Below are positions 1 through 9,800 of a stretch of DNA of 64,000 bases, one piece after another. Below the pieces are notes generated by a model. It saw only the letters and a program-made list of their open reading frames with translations. It did no database searches and had not been told where the DNA came from. Positions within the stretch are counted from its first letter, which is position 1, and each line of letters begins with the position of its first letter. Made by a program: the position numbers and the translations under genes. The stretch lies in the NCBI GenBank assembly GCA_013265495.1, contig MU057719.1:930001-994000 (forward strand), in the 5' to 3' direction. This DNA is from Vicugna vicugna (taxonomy: Eukaryota).

Positions 1-679
1 TACTTTGTTTCTCTCCCGGATCCGGGTTGCTGTCACAACTGAACTGTAACACCTTTCTTCCGCAACAAAAGAAACCCACCACTCTAGGTAAATAACGGAT
101 AGGGGCAAAGTTTGCCCACAGGATGTATTCTGTTCATACCAGGAAAAGTCTGGAAACAACTTAATGACCTAACAATAGGGGATACTTAAGTAAATGATGG
201 TGCATACAAAAAATTAAAATATATTGTAAAAGACCTGGGAGAAATGTTTGGGATATATTGTCACATAAAAAGGCAACTAACCCATGTGTAACCCAATCCC
301 AATTTTCCAAATAAAAAGTTCTGTATTTCTGTGTAAAGAAAAGATGGATGTTATCTCTAAGTGGTGGGATCTGAGATAATGTTTTACAGCCTGCTTTTTG
401 TTTACCTGAATTTCCTACAAAAAAAAAATTCTGCCTAGCTACTAAGTGTATTTTTCTTATTTTTTCTGAAAAAAGGTTTTTTCCTTTTAATCATTTGGTG
501 AGGAAGACGTATCAGATTTCCCAGCCCTTGCCCCCCACCTTCCCTAGTTCACTGGAGTCAAGAGTACAGGCTCCTTCCAGCAGGCTCCCAGGGGGCCCAC
601 CACCAGCATGACCTCCCCTCCTGGGGGCCCAGGTCAGGTCTTTGGCCAGAGCTTGGGGACAGTGGGTGCAGCCTCTTAC

Positions 680-3600
680 CTGTGCCCAATCTCATGGGCA
701 ATGGTGACCCCCAGGTCGAAGCCAGTATCCTCAGTGATCAGGCAGTTCCAGGAAGAGGAGCAGGCGCCCCCCAGCTGGGTGACCCCCCGAACCTGTCGGT
801 TACCATCAGGCAATTCCAGGTCAAACCTCAGGAAGAGAGAACAGACAGCTGGGTGGTGCTGAAGTGCCAGCCCGCTGCCGGGCCACCTTTGCAGAGCGTG
901 GGAGCAGTGCCCAGGCAGGCTGGCACGCCATCAGGGAGCTTGGCTACCTGGTGATGTAGAGGACCAGGTCAGCATGACTGGGATCCGTGTCATCCTCGGG
1001 GTTGATGGTCCTGCTCCACTCACAGACGCTCAGCAGTGATGCGGTGATGTTGGCTGTGATATTCGGAGCATCCTGGGGAGCCAATAATAGACTGCAGGTT
1101 TAGGGGACCCGCACCAGGCAGGCTACTGCCCAGTGTTGGCATCTCAGTCAGTCCTCATAACAACCCTGTTACTGTCCCATGTTGCAGATGAGGAGACTGA
1201 GGCTCAGCAGAGCTGGAATTCCGGTCCAGGTCTGGCTGGTGGGCAGCCCTGCTGTCACCCCTGCTGTTCTATGGGCATCCGCGGGCAGAGGTTAAAGAGG
1301 GCAGAAACAGGTTTTCCAGTGAGCATCCAGCTCAGTGCCTACCTCCGGCTGCGTCAGTATGACCATCTTCACCAGGTGCACTTGGAACTGAGCCCCCAGG
1401 GATGGGTCCCTCAGCAGCTCTGACCCCTGTGGAAGGGCAGGCAGGACAGGTGACACATGTGGGTGGGCCACCACCAGCCTCAGCCGACCTGCATCTTAAC
1501 CCAGGCTCCCAGCTCCCTACCTATGAGCTCAGGGTACTGCTAACTGACCTCAGGATCCCAGGTGTCTCATCAGTAAGATGGAGAGAAAGACTTCCACGGG
1601 TGTCGGGAGACAGGGACAATGCAGCTGGCGCCAGGCGGGCATCCAGTCACGACACTGGCCACTACCAAGACCGGCACCATCTGGGCAGGAGCCAGCCTGC
1701 AACCTACCACCTGGCCGTCCTCAGTCCCCAGAAGACGTCAAATGACCGAGGGAGCATGGTTTGATTACTGAATTTCAGCATGTTAGAGGTGGGGGTAACC
1801 CCCAGAGCTTGAAAATAATAGCTTTCAAATGACTTAGAGGGAAAGGACCTACTGTACAGCATGGGGAACTACACTCAATTCCTTGTAATAACATACAATG
1901 TAAAAGAATCTGAAAAAATAGAGGGGGGGAGCGTACAGCTCAGTGGTAGAGCATGTGCTTAGCAGGCACGAGGTCCTGGGTTCAATTCCCAGCACCTCCA
2001 TTAAGTAAGTAAATAAGTAAATCTAATCATCTCTCCCCTCCAAAATAAAAATAATAATAAATTTTTAAAACTTTTTTTAAGAATCTGAAAAAATATATAC
2101 GTGTATGTATAAATGAATCACTTTGTCGTACACCTGAAACTAACATTGTAAATCAACTATACTTTGATAAAAAACAAAATTAAAGAAAAGAAATTTAAAA
2201 AAAAAGATCCACACCCTCTGTGCCAGGCCCAGCCTGGGTGTCTGGAGTCTGTGAATAAAACTGCACCAAATGTGGGGAAAACAGAAGTCTCAGCGGGGAC
2301 ATTTTCCATTTGCAGGGTTTGCAGGTAGAAACCGAAGCGGGTTCACCCTGGACTTGAGGCAGCTTGTCCAAAAGTCGGGACCACCTAGGGGTGGCAGCCC
2401 CACTGGCTGCCAGGGCTGTACCTGCTAAGATGCCCATGGATCGAAGGGACACTGGGGGAGAGGCCAGGCTTGAGTGTCCCCGGGTGAAGGGGTTGTGGGG
2501 TGTGCTCCCTGGGGGGCAGGGGAGGTGAGAACATGCTGCACTCCTCCCTGCTCCAGGGCCCTGAGCCCCAAACATGACCCCGGCCTCAGGGTTATACCGA
2601 GTTCAGCCCACTCAATAAGCTGGCCCACTGATGTTTCGCGCAGCGCCAGGCATGCGACACTGTGTCCGCTCCCTGGGTCAACACCGCCCACGAGCCTGCT
2701 CCCCACGCGGGCACCCACCATGTTGAGGTTGGTGAGGACGTAGCGCTCCGTGTCCTCCCCGTGAACCGCGTGGACGTCGGGGCCCACGGCCACCAGCAGC
2801 TCCAGGTACAGGACACTCCGAGCAGCCCGTCTCCAGAGGCGAGGGGCCGGAGGGCAGCCTGGCGAGGAAGGAGGCAGGGCCGAGAGCGAGGGTCCTAGCA
2901 AGCAGGTGGAACATGGCCAAGGCCACCCGGTCAGCTGCCCTCCCGACCCCACAGCCCCCACCACCAGGCCTCTCCTGGCCACACGCAGGGCTGGCCCACC
3001 TCACCGAGCCCTGGGCTCAGACACACAGCGTTGGGAGCCCCGTGTGGGCCGCTTCCCGTAGGGAGGAGGGAGTCGTGGGCCCGCCCCTCCGCCTCCTCTG
3101 GGACAGCGCCTGCCTCCCGGCACCCGGAGACAGGCAGCAGCTCCGCCCGCCCCCCGGAGCTGGTGTCTCGGCGCCCACGGACTTGCCCCCTCAGCCACCC
3201 ACGAGCTGAGCTAGGACATCCTGGCCTCCCGACCCCTCAGGAGTAAATTCTAACAGGGGATGAGGGCCCCAGGCTCTCGCATATCACTGGTGTTGTGACT
3301 GTCAGAGCTGACGGCCGGCTGGCTCATGGGAGAGAGGCGGCTGGGTGTTGGGAGGACGGCCTTCTAGGTGAAGACACTTCATTTCACTGCATGGGCCGAG
3401 ATCCCACTGCTGACTGGGCATTTCAGGGCAGTGCAAGGCCCAGGGGGGAGCTGGCGTGTGCCCTCATGTCCTTCTGGTCACCCCAGAGCCCCACCTGGGC
3501 ACACACTGGAGAACAGGGTCACCCCAAGATGGCAAGAAAAGCCCAGGACACCCCCCTGCAGGCACCTGGACGCAGCTAGGGAAGTGCATGCGCGGGCCTG

Positions 3601-6600
3601 GGGGGCGGCAGAGCTGTGCCCTGGAGGCGTCGTGTGGGCCTGCAGCGGCCACTTCCCGTCTCTGGGCCTCAGGGCTCCCATCTGCAGCACTGGGACTGTC
3701 AGTAACGCTGACCTAGGCCCCGAGGCTCCAGGGCGCACATCTGTGAAGTGCTCTGTAAACTGTGACAGGCTGTTCAGAGGTGGGAGGTCTACCTGTCCAC
3801 CACAAAGACGGTCTGGGGCACGGCTGGTGGCCCCGCGAGCCGGCACTCCCCTGCATGCTAAAGAAGGTGGCTTGTGGAGTTGGGGGGCGTTTTGCGCAGC
3901 CCCCAGGCATCAGGAGAGCTGGTGCCCCTGGGCCCCTTGAGGCTGTCCCTGCCAGCAGCTCCGCCTTCCCTCTCCCAGGAGCTGTACCTGGAACCACAAG
4001 GGCCGGGTGCACCGTGGGGTTGGACCTGTGGATCAGGTGGGGCTGAGCACCGCCCCAGGGTGGCACCAGCTCCCGGTGCTGCCTCTTCAATGGCTGGATG
4101 TAGAGCCTGTCTCCACCCACCACGATGTCACCCTCCTGGAGAGGAGAGAGCAGCCTGGTGCACACAGCCCCCTCCCCGCCCGCTACAGGGGAGCCTCTCT
4201 GGGCCATCCCAGCACCGGGCATGGACTGGCCCTGAGCCCTCTCCAAGTCCAGGGTCGAGGAGCCCATCTGTGGGGGACGACGTGGGACCCAAGCCCTCTT
4301 GGGCGGTGCTCACGGCCTGTCCCCTGCTGCCAGCCCCCACTGCCACATTCCCACTTCCCGGCATGCACACGGCCTCCAGGCCGCCGTCTGCAGGGCCTGG
4401 TGAAGACCCCGGCAGGCCCCACAGGTGCAGGAAAGGAGGGGTCTTGAGGGACTGGCTAGGCCTGTGCCAAAGAACAGCAGATGGACCCTGAATGGCATCT
4501 GTCTTGACCCAGGGCTCAGGGTACGGGGGTGTGTAATGACATAAATGGCTCTGGCTCACTGAGTGACCCCCCGTGACAATGTGTGACACCAGTCCTCACA
4601 GCTACCCACGAGGCAGGTGCTGTCTTCCCCATCTCTTGGTGCCGACGCTGAGGTCCGGTGGAGTGATGGGCCAAGGTCCTTGTCCCCAGCTCAGCCACCT
4701 GCTAGCTAGGGGCCTGGGAAGACTCAGCTGGCTTTTCTGGGCCTCCCTGGAACAGGCCCCCGAGGGGTCTGACGGCAGGCTAAGAGCTACGTGGTGCTGC
4801 TCTCTCATGCGGCTGTGCAGTGGGGGCTGGGGGGGCATGTATGCACCACGGGGTCCCACCAGCCACGTCCTCTCCCCGATGCCGGCCGGGGCGCCCACTC
4901 ACCACACGGCCCGAGCAGTAGGTGAGCCTGGCTGCTGCGCCCAAGGGCAGCAAGGTGCGGCCTCCCGTGAAGCAGGGGTGGGGGGGCCCCCTGAGCAGCC
5001 GGAGGGAGGCGTTCACCACACGCTCGCTGGTGAAGGAGGCAGCGAGGAGGCCCATCCGGGGCCGGAAGGAGAAGGAGAAGAGCTGTCCCAGGGCTGGCAG
5101 GGAGCAGCGTGGGGGCCTGCAGGGTGCTCCTCCCTGCCTGTCCCCATCCTCTTCTTCACAGACACAGGTGAGCGGGGCCACGTCGAACTGGGGCACTGCG
5201 GGAGACAGGAAACCCCTCACTCACCGGTCAGCCGTCCGGGCCCTCGTGCTCTGGGGAGGGGCCCAGAGTTCTTCCCTTTGGAGAGAATCAGTGGGGAGGC
5301 GCGCTGGCCTGGAGCCCTGGAGCCCTGGAGCCCAGGAGCCCAGGAGCCCAGGTTCACATCCCGCTTCTCCAGCTCAGGCAAGGGGCAGCTCGATGCTGCG
5401 GGGCCAGGCCAGCCTTGGAACACATGTCTCATGAGTGAAGCCCTGAGGCCCGGCAGGGGAAGCGGAGCAAGCATGGCCTCAGTGGAAAACAGGAGCCCAG
5501 GACCAGCCCCACCGTCCTGGTCCACCGTCTCCTCACCCCAGTGCAGCCCCCAGCGGCCATGGGGGCCCTAGGCTGTGGTCTCCTGACCCTCCAGGGAGCT
5601 GCAGTATGAGACACTCAAGCTCCTGGCCCCCACACCACAGTTAACTGCCTCCCACCCCGGCCCTCCGGCACGGCCCCGGGCACTGGCCGGGCTGTACCCG
5701 ACCCAGGCCACAGAGAAGTCAGTCACAACTGGACATCGCTATTTTGCCCCACCCTGACCACTAGCCCACTCTGCCCCTGGTGCCCACCAGCTTTTGGATC
5801 AAAGTCACCAACAGCCCTACTTGGAAAGGGGGCCAGCACCCCGAGAAGTCCACGGACACAGCCCACGAGCAACGAGTGCAGAAAGGCTGTGTGTGGCTGG
5901 AGCTTGACCCAGCGCGCGTGTTGCCGTCACAGAAGGGATAAATGTTTACATCCACGGCCAGCGACCGCAAGAGCTGCTGACAATCAGTCAGCCCAGGGGG
6001 CCCAGGCGTGGAAGGGCCGGCTAATTAGCGGCCATCTCCAGACGCCGAGCAGAACCCTGGGGTCAGAACCCGCGCTCGGCCCAGAACACGCAGACCCGTT
6101 TTTATCGACTTGGCAGGAAGTAGTGGAGTTAATTAACAGGGGTGACCGCAGGGGCTCTGACCGCCTCCCAGCCCAGCCACCACAAAGCCGAGACCCCTGA
6201 CTCAACGGCACCCCCGCAGGCCCCGAGAAACTCCCCAGGCTACGAAGACTCCAGGACTAGTACCTTCGGAGGTAGCGGCAGGGCCAAAGTAAGCCATCAC
6301 CTCCTCTGGCTCCAAAGCCTGAAGAAATCGCTGTGGAACAGAGAGGATGAATGAGGGGAGGGAGGTGGGAGGGGGCTAGGCACGGGGCAGGCATAGAGGG
6401 GAGAGGCAGAGAGAAGGGGCCGCAGGATGGAGAGGCGGATGAGAGCCACTCACCCTGGCATGGACAGCGTGTGCCCTTCACCAGCCAGACAGACGGTACC
6501 GAGAGGCCAACTTCTTCTCCAGGGAGCACACTTCGTCCCCTGAACCTCAAGTTCCGATTCCTCCCACTCTGCCCCCTCTCTCTAGGGGATCTGCCCTCGG

Positions 6601-6775
6601 CACCCAGTAGAGCTGTGACTAATTCCCAGTGCTCAGGCTCCCCCGGCACCACCGCTCCTCCAGGACCACCCACCTGCTGGAAATCGGAGAGGCCCCAGCA
6701 GCCCAGGAGGAAGAGCACAGAAGTGAGAATTCCCCGCGCGCATCTCCCCAGGAGGCGAAGCTCACGCGCCCTCAT
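680..6775 (-). CDS. ADAMTS13: ADAMTS13, von Willebrand factor-cleaving metalloprotease, 5' part (signal peptide, propeptide, metalloprotease domain up to HEIGH); continues beyond the left edge
   Basis: Human-equivalent exons, all GT-AG and phase-consistent: 6674-6775 (MRARELR...[10 protein letters not shown]), 6264-6330 ([11 protein letters not shown]...), 2719-2858 (...[20 protein letters not shown]...TNLNM), 1343-1426 ([14 protein letters not shown]...), 948-1072 ([10 protein letters not shown]...DLVLYITR), 680-826 ([14 protein letters not shown]...TIAHEIGH, start of the HExxH zinc motif). Two further exons at 4903-5195 and 3988-4135 are listed separately. Confidence 0.97.
1150..1240 (+). 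mobile_element. MIR fragment
   Basis: Core tgtcccatgttgcagatgaggagactgaggctcag. Confidence 0.6.
1845..2205 (+). mobile_element. L1 3'-end fragment (laurasiatherian/cetartiodactyl type), split by the SINE
   Basis: ggacctactgtacagcatggggaact...gaatcactttgtcgtacacctgaaactaacattgtaaatcaactatact followed by an A-rich tail; recognised from memory as an L1 3' UTR. Confidence 0.75.
1921..2078 (+). mobile_element. tRNA-Ala-derived camelid-type SINE (vic-1-like), inserted into an L1 3' fragment
   Basis: tRNA-Ala-like head (agctcagtggtagagc...cttagca...gggttcaattcccagcacctcca) and AT-rich tail. 17-bp target-site duplication aagaatctgaaaaaata at 1904-1920 and 2079-2095. Confidence 0.9.
3988..4135 (-). 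CDS. ADAMTS13: ADAMTS13 additional prodomain exon X2 (148 nt, phase 0 to 1)
   Basis: Acceptor ctgctctctcctctccag|GAG and donor CCAG|gtacag. Encodes [49 protein letters not shown], matching the ADAMTS prodomain G...YxIxPL...PHxxxR block. X1 plus X2 is 441 nt, which keeps the frame between exons 2 and 3. Confidence 0.82.
4903..5195 (-). CDS. ADAMTS13: ADAMTS13 additional prodomain exon X1 (293 nt, phase 1 to 0)
   Basis: Acceptor gtttcctgtctcccgcag|TG and donor CGTGTG|gtgagt. Open frame [13 protein letters not shown]...[29 protein letters not shown]...HPCFTGG...[12 protein letters not shown] matches the ADAMTS prodomain pattern (AFxxxFxLxLxPxxxxLAPGF...CFYSG...AALSLCxG). Confidence 0.85.
5308..5352 (+). 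repeat. 8-bp tandem repeat (ggagccc[t/a]) x5
   Basis: cct-ggagccct-ggagccct-ggagccca-ggagccca-ggagccca-gg. Confidence 0.9.
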
Positions 6776-7705
6776 CCTCGGGAAAGCCTGCCAGCCCTCC
6801 TGCCGGCCCAGGGAGGGAGAGCTGTGGTGACTGAAGTCCAGGCGGTGTGGAATGTGACAGACCCCGCTGGGCTGGAGGATTAGCCTGTGTTTACTCTTAG
6901 GAGCTTCTTCCCAGGGCTGGGGCCGGGGGTGGGGGTGGGGCGCTGGCCTGCCCGCCGGCTCCGCCCTTGCTGGCTGGGCCAGGCCTGACCGGCCCTGCAC
7001 CTGGGACCGTGGCTGGGGGGATGGATTCAGTCCTGCGTCCCCCGTGGCTCCCCTTGTCTGAGGCACCTGCATACCTGCTCTCTGCAGACAGCCCTGCCTA
7101 CCATGACCTGTCCCCACTCTCCTGTCCTCGTTCCCTTCCTCAGCTACTGCCTGGTCTGTGCCTGCTGCCGACGGCCACCCACAGAGCCAGGCTGGTGGCC
7201 CCAGGCTACACTCAACATGCAGTCCACTCCACTTTCTGGAAGGTTCTCTGGCACACTCTCTGGACTCTCTGAAGCACTACCGACACTCCCTCCCATCTCC
7301 AGGACGCCTCCTCCAACTTAGCTGATGGCTGACAGAGGGTCACCCCTGGTCTCCTGCCTGCCCCACCACCCCCATCCTCTGCTACCAGGAAGGACAACCC
7401 ACCCATCCAGCTGCGCTGGTCTACTTTCCTGTCAGGCCTGTCTGTGGTTTGAGTCCCAGCCCTGCCTGCATGTCCCCTTTATCCTGCCCCGATTAATGTT
7501 GCGCATTCCTAACTCTGTCTCTGTGGCTGCTTCCCAGAGACCCAAACTGGCACACTGCCTGCATCCTGGTGGCCTCGTCGCTGGCCTGGGCATCTGGACT
7601 GGGCCCCTAACTCCCTGCTCGCTCTCTCACTCCCCCTTCCCATCCCATCTGAGAACTCCCCAGCCTCAAAACAATCGATAGCTCCCCCTTTCTCCTTAGA
7701 ATAAA

Positions 7706-8065
7706 ATGTCCTGAAAAAGGACACTATGAACTCATCTACAAAACAGAAACAAACTTGCAGACATAGTAAACAATCTTATGGTTACTGGGGAAAGGGAGTG
7801 GGAAGGAATAAATTTGGGAGTGAGATTTACAAATGTTAGCCACTATACATAAAAATACATTTTTTAAAAAGTTTCTGCTGTATAGCACAGGGAACTGTGT
7901 TCAATATCTTGTAACAACCTTTAATGAAAAAGAATATGAAAATGAACATACGTATGTATATGCAGAACTGGGACATTGTGTTGTACACCAGAGATTGACA
8001 CAGCGTAACTCATGGTAGTTCAATAAAAAAAATAAAATGAAAAAATTGAAACATTAAAAAAAAGA
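7706..8065 (+). mobile_element. L1 3'-end fragment between the ADAMTS13 and REXO4 start codons
   Basis: atgaactcatctacaaaacagaaacaaacttgcagacatag...ctgctgtatagcacagggaact...tgtacaccagagattgacaca...aataaaaaaaataaaa. Confidence 0.8.
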
Positions 8066-8311
8066 AAGTCTTGAACCTCTGAGGCTCTGTCATCCATGGT
8101 CCAGCCCCGGTCCAGCCCCAGTCCGACTCGGCCCGGCCCGGACCACTGCCTGCATCTCCTGCCCTCCCCTCGGTGCTCACAGACCTTGACCCCTACCAGG
8201 CGGCTTTCTGTCCCTCAAACACATCCACTGCTTTGCTATTCCCTCTGCCTGTGGTTCACATTCAAGTTTCACTTCAAATGTCACCTCCCTCGTGGTATCA
8301 TCTAAGTGTAC

Positions 8312-8516
8312 CTGGCGGGCCACACTTAGGAAACAGAAATCGGGACAGCAGTGAAATTTGAATTTTGCAATAAACAATGGATAAATTTTTTCCTTTGGTG
8401 TTTTAAGTATAACCCAAACATTGCAGCTACTATATGGGGCATACTTATAGTAATAATTACTCTTTATCTGAAAGTCCCGTTTCTCTGGGCGTCCCGCATT
8501 TTGTTTGACAGCCTTG
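8312..8516. mobile_element. MER53-like palindromic hAT MITE remnant
   Basis: gaaatttgaattttgcaataaacaatgga...gggcatacttatag...ctttatctgaaag...ctgggcgtcccgcatttt resembles the recalled MER53 consensus; the arms are decayed inverted repeats. Confidence 0.65.
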
Positions 8517-8689
8517 CGCCTCCTCAGTGTCCACCACGGCGTCTCATTTATCATCTTCGTAGTAGTTACTGCTATCCAGACTATGACCTGTATTTCCCTG
8601 AAAGCCCCACTCACTCATGGAGGCTGGAGGGGGCGCCTCGCGGGTGGTGTTTATCAGGGTACCGGCAGGGCCAGGCCCGCGGGCCAGCC

Positions 8690-9800
8690 GTTCATTGCTG
8701 TTGCCGCAAAATGAAACCTTGCACGGCGCTGTCACAGTCCTCTCCTGCTGTTACTGGATGTCGTTGAAGCGCCTTTGCAGCCCGATAGCTCTGTGCACCC
8801 TGGTTCCTCCTTCGCGCCCCCGGGCCTCCGTTCCCCGCTGCCTGGGGAAGGCGGGCCCCCAGAGCCGGGGAGGCTGGGCCGGGGCGCCCGGGACCCGCGC
8901 GCCCTCCGGGCCACGCCGATCGCGCCCGGCCCGGCGGCCCGGCGCCCCCTTGCGGCCGTCCGCGCCCTGCGCTCCGCCGGCACGGCCGCGGTGCTACAGC
9001 GACGGCGGCCCCCCGTGCCCTTCCGGCGCTCGCGTCTCGGCCCCATCTCCACTCTTGGCGAGATCCCGGGATCCCCCTAGTCCGACCCTAGGTCGCCGAC
9101 CGCGGAGGCCGCTCGACGAGGTGGCCGCCCCTTTCCTCTGGGGGCGAAGAGCTCCGCCCTCCTTCCGCTCGTCCGGAACCAGATGCGAAGGCGAGGTTTC
9201 CAGCCGGTCGGGGAAAGAAGAGCACTTCCGGGGATCGGGGCGCACGTGCCGAGGCGCGCGCGGGGTCGCTTCCGGGGTCCCGGGCGCGGGTGTCCCCCCA
9301 GCGGGCGAGTCGAGGGCTGGCTGGGGCCTGTGCTCGGCGGGCAGAGCCCAGCTCCGGGGCCGCGGCGAGGCGCCGTGAACGGGCCCAGGGACCAGGGACG
9401 AGGCCGGGATGGCGAAGGCGACGCCGCTGACCCCCAAGCGCGCCGCGGTCGACCCCGCGCCTGGGCCGGGGCTCGTCAAGAAGCCGACTCGGAAGAAGAG
9501 GAAGAAGAAAAGATTCTGGAAGAACAAAGCGCGAGAAGTAGGCGAGAAGCCGGGAAACGACGCCGGAGGCGTCGCGGTGCGGCCTCCAAAGGCACCGGAA
9601 GACTTTTCCCAAAACTGGAAGGCGCTGCAGGAGGTAAGAGCGAGGGGGCCCGCGGACCGCGCCGCTCTTTCCCCGGTCACCGCAGTGGAAGAGGGAGCAG
9701 GGCTTGCGGGACCCCAGAAGGGCGCTGTGGAGGCGCATTGGAGTGGAGACTGTGCGGACAGCGCCGTTCACAGGAGAAGTGGCCTCTGGGGCAGGCAGCG
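8690..9800. promoter_or_regulatory. CpG island / REXO4 promoter, head-to-head with ADAMTS13
   Basis: Very high GC and CpG density by eye; ETS core acttccgg upstream of the REXO4 ATG. Boundaries are approximate. Confidence 0.8.

Noticed and set aside
100-480. Possible old L1ME-type fragment in ADAMTS13 intron 6
   Set aside because: AT-rich and suggestive, but too decayed to assign without a repeat search.
4922-5434. Plus-strand ORFs with a histone H2B flavour (AAAPKGSK..., ERISGEAR)
   Set aside because: The matches are short and split across frames. The basic peptide is the antisense reading of ADAMTS13 exon X1, and no histone fold can be aligned.
4573-5571. 332-aa plus-strand ORF
   Set aside because: No recognisable family; long chance ORFs are expected at this GC content; it overlaps X1 on the opposite strand.
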